From IMG/VR virus record IMGVR_UViG_3300009506_000009, positions 34,894 through 98,893 of that record: DNA of 64,000 nt; one strand, 5' to 3'. Below the pieces are notes generated by a model. It saw only the letters and a program-made list of their open reading frames with translations. It did no database searches and had not been told where the DNA came from. A program made the translations under genes and the position numbers. Shown here one piece after another: positions 51,891-62,111 of the stretch; within the stretch, counting starts at the first letter, position 1; each line of letters opens with the position of its first letter. Source of the stretch: a virus.

Positions 51891-52445
51891 ATGATTGATA
51901 AAGCTGTAACACTCACGGGTATCCCCGTCATGGAAGTACCAAACGCATTAGCACGTGTGCTTCCTCCTGCGGCATACTCTGAGATCAAAGGTACCCGCAA
52001 AAAGGGCATGACAGATACCAAGCCACACTTTGTGCGTCAGCGTTTGACCGAAATCTTTGGCGTATGTGGTATCGGGTGGTGGGTAGAGCCGTATGGTGAA
52101 ATCCACTCTGAACTTGACCCTGACCCTGAGAAGTCAAACCCATGGACTTCGACGGCAGTAGTTATGTTTTACTTCAACTACATCGATGAGAACGGTGAGA
52201 CCAAAAAAAGTGCTCCGGTGATTGGTACGGGAGGTATTAGTATGGATCGTCGGGACTTTACTGAGCGGGGTGCCATTACTAATGCCATCAGTGACTGCAT
52301 CAAGCAGATGGGTTGGCAGAAGTACTTATGGTATGGTCTACTGGATCACAAGAATGCCGCTGAGATGTATGAAAAGCAGTCCCGTAAAGATAAGGAACTG
52401 CTTGAAGCAGGGGAGCATATCCCCGGCACACCACTAGAACCATAA
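51891..52445 (+). CDS. Rad52/Sak-like single-strand annealing protein
   Basis: RQRLTEIFGVCGIGW, RGAITNAISDCIKQMG; promoter TTGACA-17-TAGAAT at 51828-51856. Confidence 0.75.
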   Translation: MIDKAVTLTGIPVMEVPNALARVLPPAAYSEIKGTRKKGMTDTKPHFVRQRLTEIFGVCGIGWWVEPYGEIHSELDPDPEKSNPWTSTAVVMFYFNYIDENGETKKSAPVIGTGGISMDRRDFTERGAITNAISDCIKQMGWQKYLWYGLLDHKNAAEMYEKQSRKDKELLEAGEHIPGTPLEP

Positions 52446-52833
52446 AAGACCCCCGAAAGGGGGTCTTGTTGTGTTGATGGAATGTCTTATGGACTGCGGC
52501 TTCGATGGCGTCGTCAATTGCATTGATATCAATTGCAATACCATTAGCAGTCAAGGCTTCTTGTACACGTTGAAGGGCAAAGGCTTTCTTGGCCTCACCA
52601 AGGTTTTCGATCTTATCCGTAAGACCTAGTTGTTCTGCGGTAGCAACAGCATCTTCTGCCATAGCCAACAGCATCTCATAGTTCTGTACACCGATCTCTC
52701 CTTGGATGCGTGAAACCAATGCGGCACTGACCTTGCGTGCCTCATTAGCAATCAACACAAGGACAGGGGGCAAGACCACACCGATAGCAACGATGAGTAC
52801 TTGCTGAATAATTTCCCAATACACTGAATCCAT
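52300..52833 (-). CDS. LL-H family holin
   Basis: N-terminal TM; AEDAVATAEQLG...KKAFA...IEAAV. Confidence 0.8.
   Translation of the reverse strand: MDSVYWEIIQQVLIVAIGVVLPPVLVLIANEARKVSAALVSRIQGEIGVQNYEMLLAMAEDAVATAEQLGLTDKIENLGEAKKAFALQRVQEALTANGIAIDINAIDDAIEAAVHKTFHQHNKTPFRGSFMVLVVCRGYAPLLQAVPYLYGTAFHTSQRHSCDPVDHTISTSANPSA
52444..52470. terminator. bidirectional terminator between convergent modules
   Basis: AAAAGACCCCC-GAAA-GGGGGTCTTGTT. Confidence 0.8.
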
Positions 52834-52859
52834 TTTCTACTCTCCTTAAAAGTTAGTAA

Positions 52860-53231
52860 TTAAAGCTTGAAAGCAACGATCTCAACGGAACCGTCCGTGA
52901 TGCTACTATCAAGCAACACTGCGTTATCTACAACACCACTATCAGCGGTGTCATCCTGGTTATAAATGCTCCGCTCAAATGGTTTGATCAACCAGTAATC
53001 TCCGGCACTGATAGTGAAAGTACGATCCGGGATTACAAGGTCCCCATCTGCAAAAGTGGGTACATCTACTGTAATTGTTGCTGTGCTTCCTGCTCCATTC
53101 TTAATGAGGACTGCAATGCGGGAGCTTTTATTGTCGATGGCAACACCATCTACGCCGAAGGCTTCCAGAACAGTTTCTAGTTCATCTCCATCTGGAGCCA
53201 GGGTTTGAGTTGTTAAAGCTAAACGAGCCAT
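52860..53231 (-). CDS. probable virion structural protein
   Basis: Acidic beta-rich 123-aa ORF in the late operon. Confidence 0.5.
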   Translation of the reverse strand: MARLALTTQTLAPDGDELETVLEAFGVDGVAIDNKSSRIAVLIKNGAGSTATITVDVPTFADGDLVIPDRTFTISAGDYWLIKPFERSIYNQDDTADSGVVDNAVLLDSSITDGSVEIVAFKL

Positions 53232-53266
53232 ATGATTCTCCTTGTTAGGTAACTACCTACTACAAT

Positions 53267-53764
53267 CTATTTGGTGTATTTTGTGTCTTTGTACCCACCG
53301 TTTAATAACAATGAGTCCACCTCTTCCATGGTTTCAGTTACAATATCCTCAATCCCCTTTACCCTGGACCACATATACGTGGTCATCTCATCATAAAAAG
53401 GGCATGTGATCTCATGTGCTTCAACCTCATGCATATCCCATCTTGATTCCATATCTGATATAAGATCAGATAACGTGCGTTCCAATACAATCAACTTGCG
53501 TACCACAAAAGTAATCGTATGCAAAAGCTTACGATCCTTCTCGGTTAATGCCTGATACTGCTCAGACAGTTGTCTATATAAGCCAACTGTGTCTTCGGAT
53601 ACCTGCTTCTCAAGAGCACGCTTTCTATCATGCTCTTTTGACACAAGGGTACTGCGTTCAATGCGTGATTTAATTTCGTCCCTACGAAAGGATGCGACTG
53701 CCGCAACTAAGGATGTGATCGCTCCAAGGACAGTAACAGCGGCAATTAGTATTTCAGTATTCAC
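53267..53764 (-). CDS. single-TM coiled-coil protein (lysis-module associated)
   Basis: N-terminal TM then helical region. Confidence 0.5.
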   Translation of the reverse strand: MNTEILIAAVTVLGAITSLVAAVASFRRDEIKSRIERSTLVSKEHDRKRALEKQVSEDTVGLYRQLSEQYQALTEKDRKLLHTITFVVRKLIVLERTLSDLISDMESRWDMHEVEAHEITCPFYDEMTTYMWSRVKGIEDIVTETMEEVDSLLLNGGYKDTKYTK

Positions 53765-54097
53765 TTGGTGGGCACTCCATTTTCTTCATTATATTTATGA
53801 TACGCACTATGGAACCAACCATGATGGTAAACACCACAGAAACCAGAGCCATTGCGTACCCGTATTCGCTCTCTTGAACGATCTCCATGAGGACAATAAT
53901 GAAAGAGGCTATAAATAAAGAAACAGCGTAGGCACACTTAAGATTCCTACAGAACTTGTTACGAGTATTGACAGCACCAAAAAGTTGTAGGATTCCTGTA
54001 AACATAGCAAGAAGTAAAATTATGTAGTTATACCACATAGTCACCATTAAAAAATAAGCCACGCTGTGATGCGTGGCTAGGTTGTAAGGTAAGCAGG

Positions 54098-54634
54098 CTA
54101 GATAGCTTTCTTGACTGCTCGAACTAATGATGCCGCTGTACGAGCCTCACCAGTAGAGAGTGTCTTCTTGACAGCCTTAGTCTGTCCTCGCTCGTCACGC
54201 TGTAATGTCTGGTTCCAGACAAAGTTCTTGAAAAGATCAGATAACCATTCTAGTCTTGACGATTCAACTTCGTACTCGATCTCTTCTGCTTGAAGAAGCT
54301 CATCGTAGGACACACCTTGAGGTAGTTCTGCAAACGCTTCCTGGGCTTCTTCGATCTCCCTTTCAAGAGATGCCGGAACTTCAGTGTTGGCTTTTTGTAG
54401 CATGGAAAGTTTGTTTTCCAACGCCTTCACTGCTCGCTGTTCTTTAAACCACTTTAGTCGGACCTCACGATCCATGGCTTCGACCAACTTCTCTGCACCT
54501 TCCAGGTCAAGTGCATCGGAGATGTCTGCAATGCTTAGGATTGCTTCGGTATCTAAGTCTTCAATACCGCTGTGGACTGTGAACACTGCTCGCAACATGT
54601 TACGGTGTCCAATGTTAAGACTAATTGTACTCAT
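54098..54634 (-). CDS. hypothetical protein
   Basis: AAGGAG RBS; late operon. Confidence 0.55.
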   Translation of the reverse strand: MSTISLNIGHRNMLRAVFTVHSGIEDLDTEAILSIADISDALDLEGAEKLVEAMDREVRLKWFKEQRAVKALENKLSMLQKANTEVPASLEREIEEAQEAFAELPQGVSYDELLQAEEIEYEVESSRLEWLSDLFKNFVWNQTLQRDERGQTKAVKKTLSTGEARTAASLVRAVKKAI

Positions 54635-54683
54635 TCTTCTTTACTCCTTTTTGGTTTCTCAACTTCATTGTCTACAATCGATT

Positions 54684-54992
54684 TTAGCCAAGGTCAATCG
54701 AGTTGTCCGCTAATGCCGCCTCCCTTGCTGAATCTACAGCTATATCGATAAGGTTATTTCGTGCAATTCTCATTACGTTCTGCCGCACAAACACGTCTAC
54801 CATGTCTAACCTTTCCTGGTTAGTAAGGTTGTCAAACACAGCGGACCCATCCAATTCGCCCGTTAAAAGTTTCTCTTTGAATAGAAGTTCAGCCGCATTG
54901 TCTATTACAGCCTGCGCTTTGTCGGTTTCAGCGGTGTATTCAAACGAGATTGTAAAGGTTCCGTCCCCGTTATTTGTAAAAGTTCCTGCCAT
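54684..54992 (-). CDS. hypothetical tail-associated protein
   Basis: AGGAG RBS; directly after the tail fibre gene. Confidence 0.55.
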   Translation of the reverse strand: MAGTFTNNGDGTFTISFEYTAETDKAQAVIDNAAELLFKEKLLTGELDGSAVFDNLTNQERLDMVDVFVRQNVMRIARNNLIDIAVDSAREAALADNSIDLG

Positions 54993-55001
54993 ATTATCTC
55001 C

Positions 55002-58000
55002 TTAGATTGAGTACCCGAAAACCTGCAACCATGCATTACCAACGGATGCTCCAGATACTAGCACATCAATGTCACCATTGCTGTCACATGGTACCCACCC
55101 TATATTCTCCATTAGTAGGTTAGCTACGATACCACGGATACCAACAGGGTATACAGCCGTACTTTTCGGACGTACTGACATTGAATAAGAACTGCTTGTT
55201 GCTCCAAAGTAGCCACCAATGCGTACCAGTACAGCCTTTGCATTTGCAGGCCATGTTTCTGATGACCCGTTGGTGAAGTCGGTTCGTGTAATAGTATGTG
55301 TACCAGTGGACTTCGCATCATCCCCATCCCATGCTGTGTTGGTTAGTGGGCTGGTGAAGTAGTGTGCTCCGAATACCTCGTAGTTTGTTGAACTCTTACG
55401 AGAGTACAATGATCCCTCGTAGATAACACTGTTATCAACCCCGGTACCTGCCGTTGATCCAACGTAAATACCTTGACCGAAGGAAACATACTTATCAAAT
55501 GAGTAGCCAGAACGATCTGTGTTGAAGTAGATCAGTACTGAGTTTGCCGCACCGATAGTAACGTATCCATTGGAGTTTTGGATTTTAGTAAGCTCATTGG
55601 ACGACGTATTTAGTAGAATTGGGCCTGTTGGGGTATACAACTGTGCATATGTGCCGGAGTGTCCAAGTCGGACATACTCAGTTAAGGCTGAACTAGCACC
55701 ATAAACTCGGATATATGCACTATAAGACCTAGTACCAGCATAGTTGGAGTAGAAATCGAAATACTGATCAGCATGATCATCACCTTCCACGACTAGAAGG
55801 TTGTTGTTAGCTATTGTGATGTTTGGTCTTACTGATCCATCAGTTGAGTATGAGCGTAATGTAAGTTTACCGCTTTCATTTGTACTATTACCAGTAGCAT
55901 AGATTTCACCATCAGCAGGGGAGTAAGAGAGATCACCAACAGACAAACCACTACCAATCCGCACGTCATCTTGGAAGTAGGCGGCACCGTAGGTATATGC
56001 TAAACTAGTTGGTCGTAACTCAATACGATCACCATAGATTACTACATCACCAGACGTAGTAAGTGTCATGTCAGGATCACCCCCGGAGTTATCTTTGACG
56101 ATGATTTCTGCTTCCACAGCTTCTGTTGTATAGTTCAAGAAGCGCAACCCATAGTTAGTGCCTGCGGCATATGTATTGACAAAGGAAAACAAACCATCAC
56201 CATAGATACCACCAGCGTAGTTGTCATTGTACCCTTTGATCCGTCCAGTATAAGATACACTATCATCAACATATAATGGCTGTGTAATAAAGTTTCCTGT
56301 AGGTGCACCAAAGACAGCCGCCACATTAGATGAAGCATCAAATATCTGCAATCCATAGGTTGCCGATGTGTTAATATGTGCAGTGGATGCTGACCCCAAG
56401 CGCACACCAGATGTAGATATAGAAATAACGCTAGTACTGCCATAGTACTGTTCAATACCAGTCGATGATACAGTCATGAAGGTACCACTAGATGTGGTAC
56501 CCAATGTTAATGTGCTATCTGTAAGATCAACATTGACATCCGTACCATTACGTAGTTGTATGCCCGTACTTGTGATGTAGATGTTCTCGGTTGCAACATT
56601 ACCAATGCGAATATTGCCACTTATATCCCACTGAGCAACATTCGTGGTGTAGTTCATGATGCGGATACCGTTGGTGCTATCCATTCCAATCCAAGGTATG
56701 CCACTGGCGTACTCACCAAATGCCGCACCATAGGTTTCTGTAGCATACCCGTAGAGACCTTCAAGGTTACCAACTGCCCAATGCTCAGACCAGTCGTTGT
56801 ATGTAGAACTATTGCGAACATTACCTACAATAGCAGGTCCAACCGTACCAGATGTGATACCACTGTATGAGTAGATATCGATGAATCCTTTACCAATATC
56901 ACCAGTATTAAATAGAGCATCACCTGGGTGCCATAGGTTAGTACCAGAACCATCGAGGTCTCGCCAAACATAGTAAGTGTATGGACCCGATCCTTCTGGA
57001 CCACCCATAACCCAAAAGAACTCTACTTTTCCATTGGACTCAGCATAAACTACATCACCATAGGACATCTGGTTGTGCTCTGTTGAGATTGGCACACCTT
57101 GGGTTAGGGTAGCATAGTCGAAGTATGTACGATCTGTGTTTACGGATGGACTGCGGAAAAGGATTCGGACACTAACACAGGCCGATGGGACCGTAAATTC
57201 TACACTAGTCTCATACCACGTAGCCGCATCTCCAGCTACACCCGTGACTGTGGTTGTCGCAATAATGTTAGCTGAGTTTGTTAGGTCCCACACTTGATAC
57301 CTACCGAGGGATGTATCACCTGCATAACTTCTCGTGTAGAATATCAGCCTATAAACTTCACCTTCGGTTACTGTTTCGTCCTGGTAAACATACGTATCTG
57401 CTGTTGAGCCAGCCACAAGTAGAGCAGAATAACTACCATCATAATACACTGTAGCATCTTGTGTGATCGCTCCGGTTCCGGCGGATTCACCCCAGTCAGA
57501 GAACACATCAGAACCACCAGCACCTGCGGTCTCAAAACTGTTGTTAGCAAACTCATTAGTATATGTGTCTGCGGATAGTACAGTATCTGTAAATTTTGTA
57601 GTAGGACCAACAAGGATGCGTCCCCCAATCGTGGCAATGGTATTCTGTGCAACCAGGGTTTCAACCCATAACTCAGCGGCGTGAAGTGTCAACCACTTCT
57701 TACTGATCGATCCAAGGTTTAACTCATACCCGGTTGCAGGACGTACATCTAACCCGGCTGGATCGAAGATGTAGTCTCCGGTTGGAGCAACAGTCATTGT
57801 TCCTGATGCATCTACAGAGAAAGTTGAGTAGTTGCTGGCGTCATAAGCAAGTACTAAATCGTCTCCGAAACGCACCTGACCAGCCCCTGTATAGATAGCA
57901 TAACTGGTTGTTGCATTAACAATATCAAGTATATACAGTCCGGTATACTCAGCAACCGATCCCGTCCCAACAGCGAAATCAGAGACAATGATCCCGTAAG

Positions 58001-59351
58001 AATCCCCGCTAACGGTTCCAGTGTCAACAGATGGAATGATCTGAAGGCCAAAGAAGCCATCCGTTACCGAAGCGTCTTCAAAATCGAAAGCCACATACAG
58101 CCCTCTGGTATCACCACCTATTGTTGGTGTAAGACCATTCGAAATAGAGCCATTAAAACTACCTAATGTTGGACCACTAATAGCTGTGTCTGATCCAGTA
58201 AAGCTGTACTTATAATACGCTACGATTCCTCCAGGAGAACTTGCGCCATCAAATAGAAGGCTGTAGTATGCACTATAGACAGTACCAAAAGGAGCCTGTG
58301 ACGTGTGTCCATAATATGCGGCGGAGGTCTTACCGGATACATTAATAATCGATCCATAACTTGTGGATGGTGCTTGACCAATGCCAAGTCCCTCTAGTCC
58401 TAATCGACCACCGCTATCTGATGCCAGAATACTTGCCCCTGTTGGATCGGAGCTTGTTGTCACTTCATGGGTGTGGCTGGTCGTTGTGACTGCGTTAGTA
58501 GTTGAGACTGTAAGTGTAGATGGGGTGCCCAGGACAAGATCACCACCGCTTGTGGTAAGGCCGTCGCCTGCAAAATCAGACACATTAATAACTAAGGCAC
58601 CAGTATCAAACGTGAGACCGTCGCCTGCGTTTATTCTGATGTCATTAGCACTTTCGGTGAGACCATAGGATGTATCTATAAAATCGGTAACATCTACACC
58701 AAGGGCACCAGTGTAGAAGTCCAACCCACCACCAGCGTATAGATTTAGTTGGATGTTATTGCTTGCCTCAGTAAGACCCGCCGCTGTATCTATAATGTCG
58801 GTCACATCTATAACAATTGCACCCGCCGAGAAATCTAGGCCATCCCCGATATTAACACGAATGTTGTTGGTGTCTTCGGTCAGACCGTATGCGGTATCAA
58901 TAATAGCGGTCACATCTACTACTAAGGCACCAGTATCAAAGGCTAATCCATCCCCGGCATTGATACGAATGTTGTTGGTGTCTTCTGTGAGACCGTAAGC
59001 AGTGTCAATAAAGTCTGTAACGTCCACGTTTATGGTTACAGTACTACCTGCACCACCATCAACTATACCAATTCCATCCCCGGCAGTCAACACTCTCTCA
59101 TTGCTCAGGTCTGGATCAGTGGCTAGTGTAACAAATTGTGAACTGGAAGGGGCATACCCGCTTGCACCCGTAGGTGTAAAGCTGTCGGCAATCATTTCAC
59201 GTGCGTAAATAGTATCATACCGTCGATTAGTCGAACCTAAATCATATGTTTCTGTGTTTTTAGGTTTGATGTTACCACCGACGGTAGAGTCACCGTCACG
59301 ACGAACGAACTTTAAGTTAAGAAGATCAAGCACGCCCTGATCAATACGCAT
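55002..59351 (-). CDS. tail fibre / receptor-binding protein with internal repeats and a CBM4/9-like domain
   Basis: 1449 aa, Gly/Ser/Thr rich; ~35-aa repeats; NNSFE...W...Y.YQ...EGEVY...YFDYA carbohydrate-binding pattern. Confidence 0.8.
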   Translation of the reverse strand: MRIDQGVLDLLNLKFVRRDGDSTVGGNIKPKNTETYDLGSTNRRYDTIYAREMIADSFTPTGASGYAPSSSQFVTLATDPDLSNERVLTAGDGIGIVDGGAGSTVTINVDVTDFIDTAYGLTEDTNNIRINAGDGLAFDTGALVVDVTAIIDTAYGLTEDTNNIRVNIGDGLDFSAGAIVIDVTDIIDTAAGLTEASNNIQLNLYAGGGLDFYTGALGVDVTDFIDTSYGLTESANDIRINAGDGLTFDTGALVINVSDFAGDGLTTSGGDLVLGTPSTLTVSTTNAVTTTSHTHEVTTSSDPTGASILASDSGGRLGLEGLGIGQAPSTSYGSIINVSGKTSAAYYGHTSQAPFGTVYSAYYSLLFDGASSPGGIVAYYKYSFTGSDTAISGPTLGSFNGSISNGLTPTIGGDTRGLYVAFDFEDASVTDGFFGLQIIPSVDTGTVSGDSYGIIVSDFAVGTGSVAEYTGLYILDIVNATTSYAIYTGAGQVRFGDDLVLAYDASNYSTFSVDASGTMTVAPTGDYIFDPAGLDVRPATGYELNLGSISKKWLTLHAAELWVETLVAQNTIATIGGRILVGPTTKFTDTVLSADTYTNEFANNSFETAGAGGSDVFSDWGESAGTGAITQDATVYYDGSYSALLVAGSTADTYVYQDETVTEGEVYRLIFYTRSYAGDTSLGRYQVWDLTNSANIIATTTVTGVAGDAATWYETSVEFTVPSACVSVRILFRSPSVNTDRTYFDYATLTQGVPISTEHNQMSYGDVVYAESNGKVEFFWVMGGPEGSGPYTYYVWRDLDGSGTNLWHPGDALFNTGDIGKGFIDIYSYSGITSGTVGPAIVGNVRNSSTYNDWSEHWAVGNLEGLYGYATETYGAAFGEYASGIPWIGMDSTNGIRIMNYTTNVAQWDISGNIRIGNVATENIYITSTGIQLRNGTDVNVDLTDSTLTLGTTSSGTFMTVSSTGIEQYYGSTSVISISTSGVRLGSASTAHINTSATYGLQIFDASSNVAAVFGAPTGNFITQPLYVDDSVSYTGRIKGYNDNYAGGIYGDGLFSFVNTYAAGTNYGLRFLNYTTEAVEAEIIVKDNSGGDPDMTLTTSGDVVIYGDRIELRPTSLAYTYGAAYFQDDVRIGSGLSVGDLSYSPADGEIYATGNSTNESGKLTLRSYSTDGSVRPNITIANNNLLVVEGDDHADQYFDFYSNYAGTRSYSAYIRVYGASSALTEYVRLGHSGTYAQLYTPTGPILLNTSSNELTKIQNSNGYVTIGAANSVLIYFNTDRSGYSFDKYVSFGQGIYVGSTAGTGVDNSVIYEGSLYSRKSSTNYEVFGAHYFTSPLTNTAWDGDDAKSTGTHTITRTDFTNGSSETWPANAKAVLVRIGGYFGATSSSYSMSVRPKSTAVYPVGIRGIVANLLMENIGWVPCDSNGDIDVLVSGASVGNAWLQVFGYSI

Positions 59352-59352
59352 A

Positions 59353-60528
59353 TTATTTCAACCCTCCAGAAAGTCCCAATCGAGACATCAGCACTGAGAA
59401 ATCTGAGTCAGTCTTACCAATGGTAAGGGATGTCATTTGAGACTGAGCACTATAACTTGTACCTACTACAAACATCCTGGTTTTGGTAGCTACCTGCTCA
59501 GATGATGTAGGGAACACGATAGCGTTCGGATCATTGTTGTCTAGGAAGACAAGATCGCCTGCACGTATCATGTAATTTTCTTCAATCTTACCTGCCCATG
59601 AATATATCTGGCCTTCAACCTGCATCTGCGTAGAAATCTTAGGCCATGCAAACTCTTCAAGAGCATAGTCTCGAAGGTCCTCTCCCATAGCTAGACCCTC
59701 CGGGTTACCACCATTCTGAACGATACCTTCTCTGGTTCCAAATCTAGCAATAGACAAGGAATCAGATGCGGCTGTAGTCTTACTCTCACCATCACCTTCA
59801 TTGGCATAGATACCATATACCTTGTTAAAAATCTCATTCACATCCTGTGCATAGGTAGGTGGTGAACTGTGTACATTCTCTGCTTTCAATACCCAATCTG
59901 GTTCACTGGTTACAAGTGAAGGCTTGACGATTACATACATTACCCGGTTATCATAGATAGCAACATACGGGGTAGCATAGTTGGTAGAGCTATATCCATA
60001 GACTAAACACCGCTCCAATGCATCCACCACCTTAAGGTCCGTGAAGTCTACAGCTAAGATTGCACCCGTATCTGGATCAGTTACAGCAAGATCGTAAGAC
60101 GCAGGCCATGTCTCCGCCATGCGACCGTTCCACGAATCGATAAGGTCAATCGAGTCATCAATAATTTCACTCAATAGGATCGAGCTTGTCACATATATAC
60201 GGTCGTCCACAACTGCTTTACCATCTGCATAGTATCCTGTCATCTTGACAGTCAAGGTGCCTGGGACTGTAGAAAGCTGTGTCACTCTCCCTTCATAGAC
60301 AACCCGAAAGAAGCTGTCAACCACGATAGCATGGTGCCCCAGGATAATATCAAACAGCCTATTGATACCAATCACATCCCCGTATATGTTTGCGGATGCA
60401 GTACCAAACCCACCGTGAAGTTGTGTGGTAAACTGAAAAGAATCAGTAATGTTGTAGGCAAACTGAGGCGGATCAGTATGTATGTTAGGTAGCTCTTGAT
60501 AGAGCAGAAGTGAAAAAGTATTGTTCAT
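59353..60528 (-). CDS. tail hub / Tal-like protein
   Basis: Position after the Dit-like gene; YEGRV, SIARFGTREG, IRAGDLV; TAATG coupling at 60528. Confidence 0.65.
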   Translation of the reverse strand: MNNTFSLLLYQELPNIHTDPPQFAYNITDSFQFTTQLHGGFGTASANIYGDVIGINRLFDIILGHHAIVVDSFFRVVYEGRVTQLSTVPGTLTVKMTGYYADGKAVVDDRIYVTSSILLSEIIDDSIDLIDSWNGRMAETWPASYDLAVTDPDTGAILAVDFTDLKVVDALERCLVYGYSSTNYATPYVAIYDNRVMYVIVKPSLVTSEPDWVLKAENVHSSPPTYAQDVNEIFNKVYGIYANEGDGESKTTAASDSLSIARFGTREGIVQNGGNPEGLAMGEDLRDYALEEFAWPKISTQMQVEGQIYSWAGKIEENYMIRAGDLVFLDNNDPNAIVFPTSSEQVATKTRMFVVGTSYSAQSQMTSLTIGKTDSDFSVLMSRLGLSGGLK

Positions 60529-62111
60529 TAATAAGCCAATGTATGAAACGATTCCGTAATAAAGACCTGGACTTTGAAAGCACGTTGTCGGTCTGCAAGA
60601 ATACCACCCGTACCGTATGACATGAAATATAATCGGTTGCCCTGTGTAGGGTGTAAACGAAGGCTGTCCATATATGGAATGTATGGCATCCACGCCGATG
60701 ACCCATCACTTGCATAGTATAGGTTCAGCATCATGTCATCATAGAAAGGGCTTTGAAGAGCAGTACCTGTGGTTAAGGCTGTCCAAACACGCATACCATT
60801 GGTGACCGGGATCAGGCGCAGATATTCCAGGCTCCAAGTCTTGGATGTAACCGAGTTACTGCCCAACCAAACACCAATGCGGATAGATGAATCCAACGGA
60901 GATTGTCCAAATAGGTTCATCCTGGCAGGCGGAATCTGTACAACACCCAATGGAAATACAGTAGCACCAGCATATGGCGTTGTGTAAAACAAACCACGCT
61001 CTTCGATATCGGAATTACCATCAGTGTAATAGGTAGTTGCTCGATCCAAGACACCAACAGCCATCATGACATCATCATTGTCTTGTGTGTTGGTTCCAGA
61101 ACAAGCCAAGACGTAGTAGTTTCCTGGGAATGGGTTGCTTGAGCCGTACCCACCAAGGGCAAAACTTATGCGTGGATCAGGAGTGTACCCTAAACCTACT
61201 GTACCAGTTACATAGTAACCGTGCATCGTGTTTGTAACATCATATACTGTACTTAGGTCCGGGTCTGGATATGCAACTTCTGGTGCGTACATTGCGGCAT
61301 AATAGTCACGTTCAGGCCAATAAGGTGAGATATTTGACTTAACAACATGCCCAATCATCAATTGCTTCCAGTCATTATAATATGTTGTGTCTGGTGTGAT
61401 TTTGAACTTCATCAATGGGCGACCGTTGCCTGCGAATGATCCGGTCTCTACATAGGAGTGGTTGTATGCTCCCGCCCAACCAAACCCTGACTGGTATCCT
61501 GGATTTTGTACAATAACCCCACCTGTAGTTGGTGTTCCAACTGAAGGATTCTCTAGTGCCAATTCAGTGTCTGGTGTGTCATTGATAGAGTTACCCCATC
61601 CGGTAGGTGCGATATATAATGTAATTTCTATATCACTCAACACCATACGATCTTCATAATGTGCCAGTGCTGTCTGGATTGACATAACCCCATCAGGAAG
61701 TTTAATGTCTACTGCATATACTTCGAAGTAAGTTGTATAGTCGGCACCACTCCACTTCCAGATCAATTCTCCACGAGACACATCTAGTGGGTCCTGAAGG
61801 TCTTCAACTTCCATGGCAAACCGTTCGAGGTCATTCAACTCATCCAAGATGTATCCACGTAATTGGTCGTCTGTGTAGGACCCGGTTTGTATGGCAACAA
61901 TTGATGCCTTGATGGTGGCAGTGCGGTATTCAGGGTATGACTTGATTAGCTTAAAGAATCCAGGTCGTGATGGTTTCAACTCTCGTGTCTTCCTGGTCAT
62001 GGATATGTTGAAGCCACCATCCATCAATGCCCATCTTGCAGGCGTTGTTGTCGTATCAAGAAAGTCAACACTCGTGCCTGTATTTGTTAGTAACTCTAAA
62101 GTAAATGCCAT
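60528..62111 (-). CDS. distal tail (Dit)-like protein
   Basis: Directly after the tape measure; C-terminal LRLHPTQGNRLYF. Confidence 0.6.
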   Translation of the reverse strand: MAFTLELLTNTGTSVDFLDTTTTPARWALMDGGFNISMTRKTRELKPSRPGFFKLIKSYPEYRTATIKASIVAIQTGSYTDDQLRGYILDELNDLERFAMEVEDLQDPLDVSRGELIWKWSGADYTTYFEVYAVDIKLPDGVMSIQTALAHYEDRMVLSDIEITLYIAPTGWGNSINDTPDTELALENPSVGTPTTGGVIVQNPGYQSGFGWAGAYNHSYVETGSFAGNGRPLMKFKITPDTTYYNDWKQLMIGHVVKSNISPYWPERDYYAAMYAPEVAYPDPDLSTVYDVTNTMHGYYVTGTVGLGYTPDPRISFALGGYGSSNPFPGNYYVLACSGTNTQDNDDVMMAVGVLDRATTYYTDGNSDIEERGLFYTTPYAGATVFPLGVVQIPPARMNLFGQSPLDSSIRIGVWLGSNSVTSKTWSLEYLRLIPVTNGMRVWTALTTGTALQSPFYDDMMLNLYYASDGSSAWMPYIPYMDSLRLHPTQGNRLYFMSYGTGGILADRQRAFKVQVFITESFHTLAY

